From Octopus vulgaris (Eukaryota), in contig OX597842.1 in the NCBI GenBank assembly GCA_951406725.2, positions 29,078,001 to 29,142,000 of the forward strand: 64,000 nt of DNA. The letters run 5' to 3'. Position numbers and translations under genes: made by a program. The notes under the pieces were generated by a model that worked only from the letters and a program-made list of their open reading frames with translations, made no database searches and was not told the origin of the DNA. Shown one piece after another: positions 28,181 to 42,500 of the stretch. Positions within the stretch are counted from its first letter, which is position 1; every line of letters begins with the position of its first letter.

Positions 28181-29022
28181 TTATCGTACATGCAACAATG
28201 AAAGTGTCTTTTAAATTTCTATGAATATGTTTTATATAAAGAGGTTGATGTATTGATGAAAGCTCCTTATAAATATATCGTCTTCCTGTAGTCAATAAAA
28301 GTCAATAAAAATACCAGAGGCATGTCTGAATGAAGAAATTTCTTTAACGTCAACATGATGTGATATCCTGAAATAGAGAAAAAGAAGCAGTGAGATAAAG
28401 AGAATTGTTAAACGACATAGTAATTCAACATTGCAAATCTTACAACATCAACACTGTCATCCATTTAATGTCTGTGTTTGCAGGGGTCAGAATCCGTTGA
28501 GGCTTTGAAAGTTTTACAACATTCTGTATATAAATGAATCATTTTTACCTTTCTCTAATAATTCATCATTTTCTCTTTTTTTTCTTCCTTTACTTTGCTT
28601 TCACTTGTTTCACCTGTGGCATGGCTTTGTTGGCAGGGTACTTACCAAACAATTTGTGAATCTTTACAACTAATTTAGGATCTTTTCAGTTTGCAATCTC
28701 AGGGCACAGTCAGTGCAAGCCCTGGGCATTTACACGAGTAATAATGCATCCTTCAATGTGTATGTTGCTAAATTGGCAAGGAAATACTGGCAGTGACTGG
28801 ATGGATTCTTAGAACTTTTAGAACAAAAGATTAGGAAACCATGATGGTCCTCTGGAGGACACTTGTCCTAAGCCACTTTGACTATTGCTCTCAGCTATGG
28901 TCACCAATCAGTGTCAAAATAATCTCAGAACTTGAGGCGATCCAACGAAGCTACACAAAAAAGTTAGCCTCAATGCAGCATCCTAAAACTCTTCCCCGCA
29001 CCAAAAAAAAAATTTATATATA

Positions 29023-29505
<483 letters not shown>

Positions 29506-29870
29506 AATGATATATATATATATATTTACACACAGATAGACACAAAAGATAGATTGATAGACACAACTGAGTGGGCAAAGAAAAATGTGAGACACTGGCA
29601 AGGGATTTTTTATTTTGATAAGCCTGGTACTTATTCTATCAGTTTCTTCTTGTGAAACCAGTAAGTTATGGGGGTGTAAATAAACGAACAGCAGTTGTGA
29701 AGCAGTGACGAGGGGGAAACACAGAGACAAAGACACACGTACACTTACATATATATACATATATACGATTGATTTCTTTCAGTTTCTGTCGACAAAATCC
29801 ACCCACAAGGCTTTGGTTGGTCTGTCTGTGTGTATGTGTGTGTGCATGGGCGTATATATGTATGCATGTA

Positions 29871-29902
<32 letters not shown>

Positions 29903-29909
29903 GATAGAT

Positions 29910-29983
<74 letters not shown>

Positions 29984-30044
29984 TGTACATATCACATGTA
30001 CATTTATATATATACATCTACAGGTATATATATATATATACATC

Positions 30045-30076
<32 letters not shown>

Positions 30077-30542
30077 CATATATACACATGTATATATACA
30101 TAGCTATATATATATACATTTGTGAAGATGTATACATATATATATATATATATATATATATGCATATATATATATATTATATGTATGTATGTATGTATGT
30201 ATGTATGCCTATATATATGTGAGATAATAGTTTCACTTTAATAGTTTCAGTATTAAATTGAAAATATCTGAAATTACATAAGAGAGATGTTATTGTTTCA
30301 CTTTTAACACGTAATACTGAAATAGTGGAGGAGATATGATATTGTTCTGGGCTCGCGCAAGGCAAGAAGTTAAAACGTTTTTGGGGGACTATTACACTAC
30401 ATGGACCCTCAATAATGTAAGTGTAAAATTTGAATGAAATTGGTTGTGTAGTTCTCAAGTTTTAGGGATTCACACAGACACACATCTATACGTATACATG
30501 TATACATATACATCTATACATGTACATGCATATATATATATA

Positions 30543-30618
<76 letters not shown>

Positions 30619-30655
30619 TGTATATATATATACATCTATATATATACATCTGTGC

Positions 30656-30714
<59 letters not shown>

Positions 30715-31414
30715 CTATGTATGTACAAGGCAAGAAGTTAAAAATTCTTTTGGCCTATGACACTACATGGAACCTAAATAAGGCATGCGTAAAATTTAAA
30801 TGAAATTTGTTGTGTACTTCTCAAGATTTAAGGCTTCACACAGACACACAGACAGATACACATTCTCATCTTTATATATATGCATGTATGTATGTATGTA
30901 TGTATGCATGTATGTATGTATGTATGTATGTATGTATGTATGTATGTATGTATGTATGTGTATATGTTTGTGTGTTCTCCCAACATCACTTGACAACCGA
31001 TGCTGGTATGTTTACGTCCCCGTCACGTAGCGGTTCAGCAAAAGAGGTCGATAAAATAAGTACTAGAATTTATAAGCCTAGTACTTTAGTCGATTTGCTC
31101 GACTAAAGGCAGTGCTCCAGCATGGCCGCAGTCAAATACATACATACATATATATAAATACATATATGTACGTGTGTATGTATGTATGTATGTATGTATG
31201 TATGTATGTATGTATGTATGTATGTATGTATGTATGTATGTATGTATAGTTATGGTATATTATGTTAAGAACATAGTACAGTACAATATAAAGTACGCCC
31301 ACCCTATATATCGCCTGAGGAAACACATCATGATCTCATAATGCAGGGAAACAGTTGCATAATCAAGTACCTGCACTCCTGGAGAACTACATTGCGTGGA
31401 AACAATTGTAGTGA

Positions 31415-31514
31415 NNNNNNNNNNNNNNNNNNNNNNNNNNNNNNNNNNNNNNNNNNNNNNNNNNNNNNNNNNNNNNNNNNNNNNNNNNNNNNNNNNNNNN
31501 NNNNNNNNNNNNNN
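31415..31514. other. Assembly gap (100 N)
   Basis: Run of N; linkage of the left and right halves is scaffold-inferred. Confidence 1.
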
Positions 31515-31703
31515 TTTCTGAGATTTGCCAACACCACACCTGATTTTCTCCCCTCCATACACACACAAGCATGTGTCTGACTCATACATTATTCGCTTTC
31601 CAGACATTTGTACATTACTGCATATACTTTATATGCACTGTCTGACAAGTTGTGGTGCACCTGAGCACTGTATACAATAATTTCATTATTATTATTATTA
31701 TTA
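31515..31703 (+). mobile_element. CR1-type LINE 3' end with (TTA)n tail
   Basis: Reverse complement of 8672-8850. Confidence 0.8.
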
Positions 31704-31799
31704 TATGAGGATTTGGTACAAGTAGTGAAGTTGACAACCAATCTAAGACTTTTTACAAAAGATCATTCTGATGAAAGAGAGATGTAGAAATAGTGGCAT

Positions 31800-32540
31800 T
31801 TCTGTCGAACAAAGTCTAGGTGCATTCAAAATCAACCTGACTTACAACCTTTGTCTTTAATTCCAAGTGATTTTGTAGAGGCTGACCTTGCAAATAACTT
31901 CACAGACCCCGTGTGGCTTGCAAACAGACCATTATTACTCCAACAAATGAAATATCACAATTTGTGAATGAATTCATGTTGACCAGGATCCCTGGCGAGG
32001 TAAAGATATACAGAAAGCTCAGATACAGTTGATAACGAAGCTCTGTACCTAATCAAATTCATCAACAAACTCCTACCATCAGGTTTTCAATGGACATATC
32101 CTCACCTGAAAGACAAGAGGCTGCATTAGGTTTTCGAAGAATTTAGATGTTAAACAAGGCCATTGCAATGACACAGGCTACGTTATTATCTGCTTGCACG
32201 ATCTTATTATTGTGGCTGAGGTTGCTTGTGGTCCTTCTGCAGGATCAATGCTGGTAATCTCAAGGATTCCGCATGGGTCTCAATGACTGGAGTTCCCATT
32301 CACAGTTACCACATAAACAATTTCCTGTGGAACCAGTCTCTGCCTTGACATGCAGCAAGGCACAGGGACAGACATTTAAACCAAGCAGAATATATCTTCC
32401 AACGCAATTCTTCTCCCGTGGTCAGCTGTAAGTTTCCTTTTCTAGATTTTGGATGAAGGCTAATGTAAAAATATTGGCTGAGACAAATAGAAACTGTATA
32501 TTGACTGACAATTGTGTCCACAAGGAGGTTCTACTTGAAA
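31800..32540 (+). mobile_element. Helitron Rep/Hel PIF1-like helicase relic
   Basis: Decayed translation WLANR-IITPTNE, RIPGEVKIY, NLDVKQGHCNDT, QFPVEPVSALTCSKAQGQTF, FFSRGQL*VSFSR. Confidence 0.85.
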
Positions 32541-32793
32541 AAAATGTGCATTTTAAGTAAGTTTCACAAAATGGAATTTACAACTTTCGTTTTTTGAAAA
32601 ATTCCACAGGATATTTAAACTGTCTCTATAACAATGGAAGTGTTTAGGGAGATGCTGGGACTTACAACAACAACAAATGAAATTTCAAAGTTTGTCTTTA
32701 TTTCCACAGTTTATCTAGAACAATGAGGGAACCAAACCAGTAAAGGGGTCTACAGGTGGATAGAGAGATCTGCTAGAATTAGTAACCAAATCC

Positions 32794-33835
32794 GGATCTT
32801 TACCTTTCGACCGGCAGATTTAGAAATAATTTTTGTAACTAAACACTTTCAAACTTCGTATTCTGGTAGAATGTGTCGTATAAAACATCTTTTACTCTTA
32901 GCGTTTTTGAGAAAAGTTTATATTTACAAAGTTATTTCGTGTTAAATTTGTTGTATTTCAGTAATTTCAACCAATCAATGATGTGTATTCAGCTGAATAA
33001 AATTACTGCTAACCCATGCTAGCATGCAAAGCGGACGTTAAAGGATGATGATGATGATGATGATGATGTTTGTCAACAACAACTGGTGGTATATATTTCG
33101 TTTGTTGTTGTTATTTATGACATCGTTCGTGCGTTTGTACTGGTTTTAGCTTTAAGGTGTTAGGGTTAGGGTTTTAGGGTTAGAGTTAAGGTTTTAGTGT
33201 TAGGGCTAGGGTTTTAGTGTCAGGGCTAAGGTTTTAGGGTTAGGGTTAGGGTTTTAGGGTTAGAGTTAAGGTTTTAGTGTTAGGGCTAGGGTTTTAGTGT
33301 CAGGGCTAAGGTGTTAGGGTTATGGTTAGGGTTTTAGGGTTAGAGTTAAGGTTTTAGTGTTAGGGCTAGGGTTTTAGTGTCAGGGCTAAGGTGTTAGGGT
33401 TAGGGTTAAAAATGTCTTACCGAAAATAGTAGCTGAAAAACAGGAAAAAACATAACTAAAACCAGTAGAAATGCACGAACGATTCTGGTGGTGCCATGAA
33501 GTAAACATGTTTCAGATAGACTCGTTTTTCATACAAACATAACTGAGATGAAATATGTCATAAATAACAGTGACAAACGAAATATACACCGCCAGAAGTT
33601 GTTGTTGACAAACAACGGCAGTAATTTTATTCAGATGAATACACGCCATTGATTGGTTGAAATTACCGAAATACGACAAATTTAACACGAAATAACTTTG
33701 TAAATATAAACTTTTCTCAAAAACGCTAAGAGTAGAAGATGTTTTATACGACACATTCTACCAGAATACGAAGTTTGAAAGTGTTTAGTTCCAAAAAATT
33801 ATTTTCTAAATCTGCCAGTCAAAAGGTAAAGATCC
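32794..33835. mobile_element. Foldback-type TIR element with ~300-bp inverted arms, central telomere-like array and 8-bp TSD
   Basis: GGATCTTTACC...GGTAAAGATCC termini flanked by perfect CCAAATCC duplications (32786-32793, 33836-33843). Confidence 0.9.
33150..33408 (+). repeat. Interstitial degenerate (TTAGGG)n array with 80-nt higher-order period x3
   Basis: Units at 33161, 33241 and 33321 are nearly identical. Confidence 0.9.
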
Positions 33836-34013
33836 CCAAATCCTACTCCATTCATAACTTATCACCTTAAAGAAGGACACATTAAACAATGTGGTTCTAC
33901 GTTCTCTATACTTATGAAAAAGACAGGATGGTCCTGGATGGAAGGCATTTGATAATAGGTCTGTGGTGAAGATAGACTTGCTACTAAGCAACAGCAACAA
34001 TTTATAAAGAAAT

Positions 34014-34219
34014 TTAATTGAATTCTGATGATAAACATTCAAGTGCATCATAATATTCAGTTTTTTCAAGAGCTTCTTTTAATATTGGAAGTGTACGTTT
34101 CTCTGGATCATTATCGCGATACCATTTGAGCAGCATCTGGAAGCCTTGTTCCACAACGTCAAGAGGATAGTCCTGCCTGATGATTTCCAAGTCATTTTGT
34201 TTAATTCCTAATTCCCTTC
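34014..34219 (-). CDS. Last exon: death domain
   Basis: tttcttttgcag|GA AGG; [63 protein letters not shown]. Confidence 0.9.
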
Positions 34220-37200
34220 CTGCAAAAGAAATAAGAAATAATTGCAACAGCATTAATGATAATATAAAACCTGTATTAATTAGGACAAAGAAATTATGTG
34301 AATAGAAGAATGAGAAATACTTAAGAAACAGGGAAATTAGAAGACATTGTTATCTATTTCTAAAGATGTTGACAAAAATATCAAACAATTTGAAATAAAG
34401 GCTGGAGAAGGAGAAGAATATTTTAAAGAATTGAAAATTACACATGAGAAAATGTCTGGTGAACAACTGGCAGGAGAAGTGTTTGTGTGGGTAGCAGTGT
34501 ATGAGAGCCTAAAGAATTGACAAAGACCACCAACAGATAATTTCATCCATCCGTCCATTTTCTCTGCCCTCTATTCATAGGAGGGTTGTAGGGGTAGAGT
34601 CTTCAGGCACCTCCTTCATATGATCCTATCAGAGGCAACCTTCATTAGAATTTCTGAAAGGATTTCCAAGCATGGCCAATTGAAACTATGGATATCATCC
34701 AACCATTTCATTCTTGCTCTACCCCTAGGTCTCCTGTCGGTTGGCTCAGCTTGAAGAATCCCTCTTGTGGTTCTTTCCTGTGATATTTTAATCACATGCC
34801 AGGATTACTGGAGCTGTGAATTCTCAATGCAGAGAAGCAGTCACTTGACCTGGAGAGACCCCAAATCTCCAGCCTGCACACCTTGTTGAGTAACGTTACT
34901 CCAGAGACTCTTTGGAGGAATACAATCTCAGTCGTTTGATAACGTCCTGTGATCAATGCCTGAAATAGTCATTTGCGATGTCTTTCCACCTATGATTAAT
35001 AAATATTTAAAAATTATCAACATTCAGAAATATCTCAAAAGTGGGGATTGTGTACCTGAATGATTTCAACCACCCCAAAGTAAAAATATAATACTGTTAG
35101 ATAAATATCACTTATTTTAGAGGGCACTGGCTTAAGGTTTTTGGATTCATGACTTATAACAAGAACTTCTTTCATTGGATCAAGGCCACAATTTCAAAGA
35201 ATCTAATACAGGAGAGGCCCTAGAGTAAACAAAGCAATGAGAAGAGTTCTACCAACATCTACACCATACACCTACAACACTCGGGTCCTGATAGAATCAC
35301 TGCATTCACAAACAAGCAAGTTTACAGGGAGGGCAGGTTAAGGTTAGGGCTGAGGAAGGACTTTGTATGTGGCAAATATACAGGAATAGTTCATAGGAAC
35401 AAGTATGAAAGACATAGTTGATAGTTTCTGTTACCTAAAGGACAGAATTAGAAGTAGAGGAAACTATTCTGAAAGTACAGAAGGAAAAGGAAATGAAAAA
35501 TGTACAGGGAGTTATGTCTACTGGCAACTAAGGGATTCTGTCTCCATATGAGGGAGAGATTGCACTTTACAAATACACCTCATGCAATGTTACGTAGAAT
35601 GTGAAAGATGCAATGGAAACTGCCAGGAAATGAGGTGAGCAGACATCACTAGAAGCGTAATGTTAATGTGTTGAAAACTTGGAGCCAAATAACTGGATCT
35701 CAGAAGAATCTGTGATAGTGTACAAGAAAAAAGATAATGGTATAGATATAGAAGGGACATGGCAGATGAAATCTGGGTAAAGAAGTGCCTGGAATTCAAG
35801 TGGAAAGAAACAAGCGATCAAACTGGACAAAGGACCACAACAACTCTGGGAGAAGTCGTCTGACCATTACAAACTTAGAAAAATGGATGTAAGGTGATGA
35901 TGATAATGGACCTGGTGTTAGTGGATTCCTTTTATCCCAGTATATGACTGGTATATTTTGTATGACATCCAGAGATATAGCAAGCTGGCAATGTTGTAGA
36001 TGATGTCCTTTCTTAATTTAGATAAATCATTTCTGAGTGTGAACTGCCATGCTACATGGCAGTGAAACATGGGCCATGACTGCTGAGGACATGCGTAGGC
36101 TTGACAGAAATGAAGGTAGTATGATCCGCTGGATGTGGAATGTCTGTGTGCATACACGACACAGTGTAAACACCCTGAGAGGAAAGTTGGACATGAGAAG
36201 CATCAAATGTGGTGTGCAAGAGAGACGACTGTCCTGGTATGGTCACGTGTTACGTATGGATGAGGACAACTGTGTGAGGAAGTGCCACTCCCTAACTGTA
36301 GAACGAAGCTGTGGAAGAGGTAGACCCAGGAAGACATGGAATGAGATGGTGAAGCATGGCCTTTCAGAGGCAATGGCAGGAGACCGAGACCTTTGGAAAT
36401 ATGCTGTGATTGAGAAGACCCAGCAACTAAAGGGAGATCGCAACCATGGCCGATGCCAGTGTTGCATGTCCAGCCCATTTAAGAGTATCCTTAATGCATC
36501 GGGTGACATGATATGCTTGAGAAGACCTGTTGAGTCAAGTATAACTAAAATTGCAGCTGTGGCCAGTGCCCCACGACTAGCCCCCGTTCTGGTGGCACAT
36601 AAAAACCATCATCCGAATGTAGTCGATGCCAGTGTCATCTGACTGACTCCTTGTGTTGGTGGCACGTAAAAAGGCCATCCGAACATGACTGATGCTAGGT
36701 CCACCTGACTGGCTCCTGTACTGGTGACACATAAAAAGCAGCCACTACACTCTCGGAGTGGCTGGCATTAGGAAGGGCATCCAGCTGTAGAAACTCTGCC
36801 AGATCAGATTGGAGCCTGGTGCAGCCACTGGCTCTCCAGACCTCAGTCAAACAGTCCAACCCATGCCAGCATGGAAAACAGACGTCAAATGATGATGATG
36901 ATGGTTTCTATCAGCTGACTCAGGGGATATTGTCATGATCCCTTGAGTCAGGGATCAAAGGTTCAAATCTAATCCCCAGCACTGCTCAATGTACCTGGTA
37001 AAGACATTTCTCTATGCTTCACTCTATCTAGATGTATATAGGTACCATAGGGAGGTAGAAGACATTGCTGTAAATAATAGGAGCATTGTATAAATGATAT
37101 TTTATGTTGTGTTAAACTGTCGGAGAAGGGGAAATGGGATATTGTGATGTTCATGCCTTTCCACGTGACATTTGTAATGTAAAGGAGAGTGAAATGATTT

Positions 37201-39482
37201 CAATTGAGAAACAAGATCAAGTTGAGTTTGAATTTTCTGTTGAGATTCTTTTTTTTTTCTAATATAAATGAGTGTTTCATTAACTTACAATGCTGAGTTC
37301 AATCCAGCCATGAACACAATCAACAATGGGGCCTGTCTTCTATAGAGACAGGAAATATATGTTGACCTGGGACTAAAGAATTACAATAAATATAGAAAAA
37401 CAGACTGGCCAGGGGAGAGATGACAACATGTCCCACACAATGCACACTCTCATTTTAAAAAGGTTACACTTGATAATGTGGTCCTCTTCACCCAAGAGAA
37501 AGAGCGATGGCACATCTGGAACCCTTTCCCCTTAATTCTGCCAGATTAAGGCAGATATCTGCCGAAATAAACATCAACAACAACAACACTCTACTAGTAA
37601 ACTTAGTAAAAGTGTAAACAAGCAAAAACATTGTCATTAATTCACCTGTTTACTCTTAAACAACAATATTTTTGAGTCCCCTTTTACAAACGATAGTATT
37701 AACTCTACTGGACCTTCTAATTTATACATTTTACAACCGTGCTGACGTCCGTAGATATTTTATGAAATTTCAGTGATAGCTTTACTTTATAGCTAAACTT
37801 TCAATTGGAAATTAGGAATGGAACCGGTTCTCAGTCATTCAAACAAACAAAAGTTTAGCTGAAAGTAAAATTTATAGAAATTAATTGGGTATTTTATACT
37901 CACCAAGTTCCATCCATTTACCTGCCAACTTTTGGGACACCCTATGAAGATGCTTCTCCTCTACCATTACAGACTCTGAAATAAATATTTCCAAATTTTA
38001 CACTTCATAGCACAATTTCCCGATCTCTGTTAATGGTTTATATATTATTATTGTAAGACATTCCTATCATCAATGGACAACTTCTGACCACTATAGGTTT
38101 GGTTGACACTTTTATACTTCCTACAGTGGTCCTATATAATGGCTCAATATTTAGGTCCATAACAAAATAGACTGACCTTCCTAAGCCTCCTTTTTCTATT
38201 AAGACATCCTACTTAATCTAACAATGTTGCAATCATCTTATTTAATGATCACATGTTAACACCTTTTATCTTTCTTCTCTCTTATATCCATGCTAAACCT
38301 ATGACATGGCATTGTCCCCTCACCACTGGACTTCACTTAATCAACATTCCCCTCATCTTTTGCTTAATTCTGATGTCAACCAAGCTGGTCATCAACGACC
38401 TTGACACAAACTCATGTCACACCTGTTATCTTTGTCAAACGTTGCTGCTTTTAATCTTTAATTTTAAACTATGCAACTCACAGTTCACCAGAATTTCATC
38501 TGATTCAGGAAATATTTAAGGACTCCTTAATGAAATGCTTCTCTTTCCTGATGAGCAATGATTAGTTCTACACAGGTGAAACAGAAAGTGATAGCAAGTA
38601 TCCTAAAACACTGTATACTTGCACAAAACATCTTTAACAACATGCAAATGTTCATACACAGATTATCGCAAAGGAAAAACATCTGAAATGGTACAAAAGA
38701 AGTGATATTTAAGAATATATTATCAAGATGGTGATATAGATCAAACTTCAAGCACCAAATCTTGTTTTTGCCCAGAAGTTTTGACTTGGCAAATGCTTAT
38801 TGCCCATCCTCGGTTTCTGCAATGACATCAATGCCTCTACTCTTATCGGATAATGAGATCGTCTACCACAGTCCAAAACGTTTTACAAGTTACTCTTTAA
38901 CCTTTCGCATCGTTTCTCCTGCTATTTTGAACTTCACTTGCTTCTGTTGACCTTTCACAAATGTCAGAATGCATTCATTATTTGTTTCAAACAGCATTCT
39001 TGAGCAATTAATTAGTCCATCCAATCTATCTAGGACTGATTGCATATACTTTGGATCTCTTGTTAGCATTTTTATGTCATCCATGAATGTCTTCTGAGGT
39101 GATTTCGCCTGAGTAATTTCTTCTCATAAATCTGCCGATCCCCATAACAAGCACAAACCAAGTGACTGATTGTGTGCAACCTACAGCTATTCCAGTTTCA
39201 ATGTTGGACACATGAAAATCTTTCTAGTGCTTGTGCCACATTAAAATGTACTCAGGACTCTTTATGAAGTGGTTGGTGTTGGGGAGGGCATCCCACCATA
39301 GAAAAGGTGGAATGTTTAAGGGAGATGTATTTCTCAAGCAGTCAAGGGGGACAGTAACTCTGAATAAGAACTGACTTGGACAGTGATCACCCATCCATTA
39401 CATGGAAGCAAGGAGAGCAGACTGTAAATGATGAGGACAATAACATCGATTGTTTTGTATCTTGCAACCAGTGTCCATCTTA

Positions 39483-39554
<72 letters not shown>

Positions 39555-42500
39555 AATTGTCTCAGCAGCAGACCAAAGCTTCTTACTTGGACAAAGACAT
39601 CGTTTAATGGATGTAATGATAGATTTACTAAGAGTGAAAAAAAAGACAGGGTGATCACACTTGTAAGCTTTCAGCTTAACCATCTTGTTCAACAAGAACA
39701 TCAACAACAATAATCAGTAAACTTATTGAAAACGTACAACAAACAAACACTGTCATTAACTCACCTGTTTACCATTAAACAACAAAATGTTTTTCTTCCT
39801 TCATTCAAAAGACAATATTAACTCTATTGTTTTTTTTTTCTAATTTAACCATTTTAGCAACAGAGCCAACACTGCTGGACATTTTATTAAATTTCTGTAA
39901 TATCAATATTTTAAATACAATTCATGTTGTTACACGACTGGAAAGTACAGAGGCTGCTACATGTAGATGCATAGAGAGAGAGAGAGAGAGAGAGATGAAG
40001 GAAGAAACAGGGAAGGAGAGAGAGACAACAATGAGATGAAAGAAAAGTGAATGTATCTCATTATGGGGAGAGAACAGATTCAGGGTTTATATTTTATCTT
40101 TTGTATTTTGGCCTCATCGTGAAAGACATTTTTCCTGTGTCTCATGTTTCCATATTTCTATAAAACCCCTTTATTGGATATTCTTGCATTTGTAGGTAAC
40201 GAATAGAATTACTTTTATCGCTAACCATTCAAAAGAAATGTAACAATGGAACCTGTTCTCAGTCATTCACACAAATAATATATCTCAGGTGAAGGTAAAA
40301 TTTATAGAAATCAATTACAGTTATTTTATACTCACCAACAGACTCTACTTTTTCTTTACACTTTGGACATTCTGAAATAAGAATTGGAAATTAAGAATGG
40401 AACCTGTTCTCAGTCATTCACACAAATAATATATTTCAGGTGAAGGTAAAATTTATAGAAATCAATTTCAGTTATTTTATACTCACCAACAGACTCTACT
40501 TTTTCTTTACACTTTGGACATTCTGAAATAAGAATTGGAAATTAAGAATGGAACCTGTTCTCAGTCATTCACACAAATAATATATTTCAGGTGAAGGTAA
40601 AATTTATAGAAATCAATTTCAGTTATTTTATACTCACCAACAGACTCTACTTTTTCTTTACACTTTGGACATTCTGAAATAAGAATTGGAAATTAAGAAT
40701 GGAACCTGTTCTCAGTCATTCACACAAATAATATATTTCAGGTGAAGGTAAAATTTATAGAAATCAATTACAGATATTTTATACTCACCAACAGCTTCTG
40801 CAACCATCTTGACTGCTTTTTCTTCAGACTTTGGACACATTGAAATAAGCATTTCAAAGTTTTATACTTCATAGTAAAATTTCTTTGTCTCTTTTAATAA
40901 TCTATATTCCATTTTTGTAAGGCATTCATATCATCAATAGTCAATTGGTGACCACTATGCTTTCGGTCAACAATTTCTAAGCTGTTACTATATAATAGTT
41001 CAATATTTAGAACCACAACAAAAGAGGCAAACCTTTCTAAATCTCATCTTTCTCTTAAGACATCCTATATACTAATCTAACAATTCTGAAATTCTCTCAC
41101 TTAGTTATCACTTCATAACACTCTTTTTCTCTTAGTTTTGTCTTTCCTTTGTTATGTCTGTGCTGGTCATATGACATGCCATTGTCCTCTCATCTCGAAC
41201 CTTCACTAACCAATATTCTTCTCATTTTCTGCTAAATTCCAGTGTCAACCAAACTGGTCTTCAAAGATCTGGCCACCATGGCATGACACATTGCTTCAGG
41301 AAGGATAAACATACCCCAGCTCTCATTTTTATATGTTACTGTTGGTAATCTTTAATTTTAAATGCCCACATCACACTTCACCAGAATACCACCTGATTCA
41401 GGAAAGATCTGAAGATATTTCAATGTCATTCATCCTCCTTAATAAGCAGCTTTTTCTTTTTCCAGGTGAGCAATGATTGGTTCTACACAGGTGGAGCAGA
41501 AAGTGATAACAGGTATCCTGAAACATTACATTTGTATAAAACCTCCTTAACTTAAAACTGTTTATCTACACATTATTGCAAAGGAGTTATATCTGAAATG
41601 GGACACTAGAATTCATTCTCAAGAATATATAAGACTCGCTAAGAGTCAGATCCTTAAACTCTCAGTTGAGATTTTGTCATTGAAATTCTTACATTACAAA
41701 GCTGACTGTGATGTTGTAGGAAGTACTGTTGTCCTTAATTATCAGTTTCCCAAGATACTTATAAATCATTAACCTCATATAAAAGCTGACAACTGAATAT
41801 AAAAAGTTGATGTTTACTGATGGGACCTTGGAGATTTATTGATATTTCATTTATATTTCAGTAAAATGTATTAGTCTTATGTTGCAGACAGTACTCTTTT
41901 GATGTGGGACAGGTTTCCTACTTGGATAAAGACAATATTCAGTGGGTGTAGTCATGGATATACTATCAAAGAGAAAAGACACCTGGGACATCTTTTATCA
42001 TACGTCTGTCAGATTATGACAGATCTGGGTCGATACAACATTATTCCATTCCCTAATGTCATGTGACAAACAGACAGATCATCAAATCATATTCTTACCA
42101 ACTCTCCTTTTGCTTTCTATACATGTTTTACACTTGGGGCATCTTTTAAGTTGATTTTGCTACAATCTTCACATAAAACAGTATGTGCACAGGGTTGTAA
42201 CTCCATGCTGGCTTCATTCACTTCACAAAGCATACATCTGTGGAAAAAACATAAAACACATCCCACCTATAACATTCATTTCTAACAAATATTACATGTT
42301 TGTTTTATGTTTACAATACAGAATATTATGAAACACCAGACTGACCAGAGTGAGGTGCATGGCTAAGTTGCTAGGCTTTTGGACTCATAGAGTAAAATTG
42401 CGGTTTCAATTCCTCGACAAGGCAATGTGTAAAGTTCTTTAGCAAAACACTTCAGTCTAGGTTTGCCCTGCATACAAACCTGCCCCTTGTTATAGGTGAG

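Larger units (their letters stand above)
40247..40795. repeat. 151-bp tandem repeat (~3.6 copies), each unit carrying a micro-exon
   Basis: Donor sites recur at 40335, 40486, 40637 and 40788 (exact 151-nt period). Confidence 0.95.

Noticed and set aside
33150-33408. True telomere or chromosome fusion site
   Set aside because: Degenerate, single orientation and enclosed within a TIR element with TSD.
36913-36952. Small hairpin ctgactcagggga...tcccttgagtcag
   Set aside because: Isolated and short; no supporting context.
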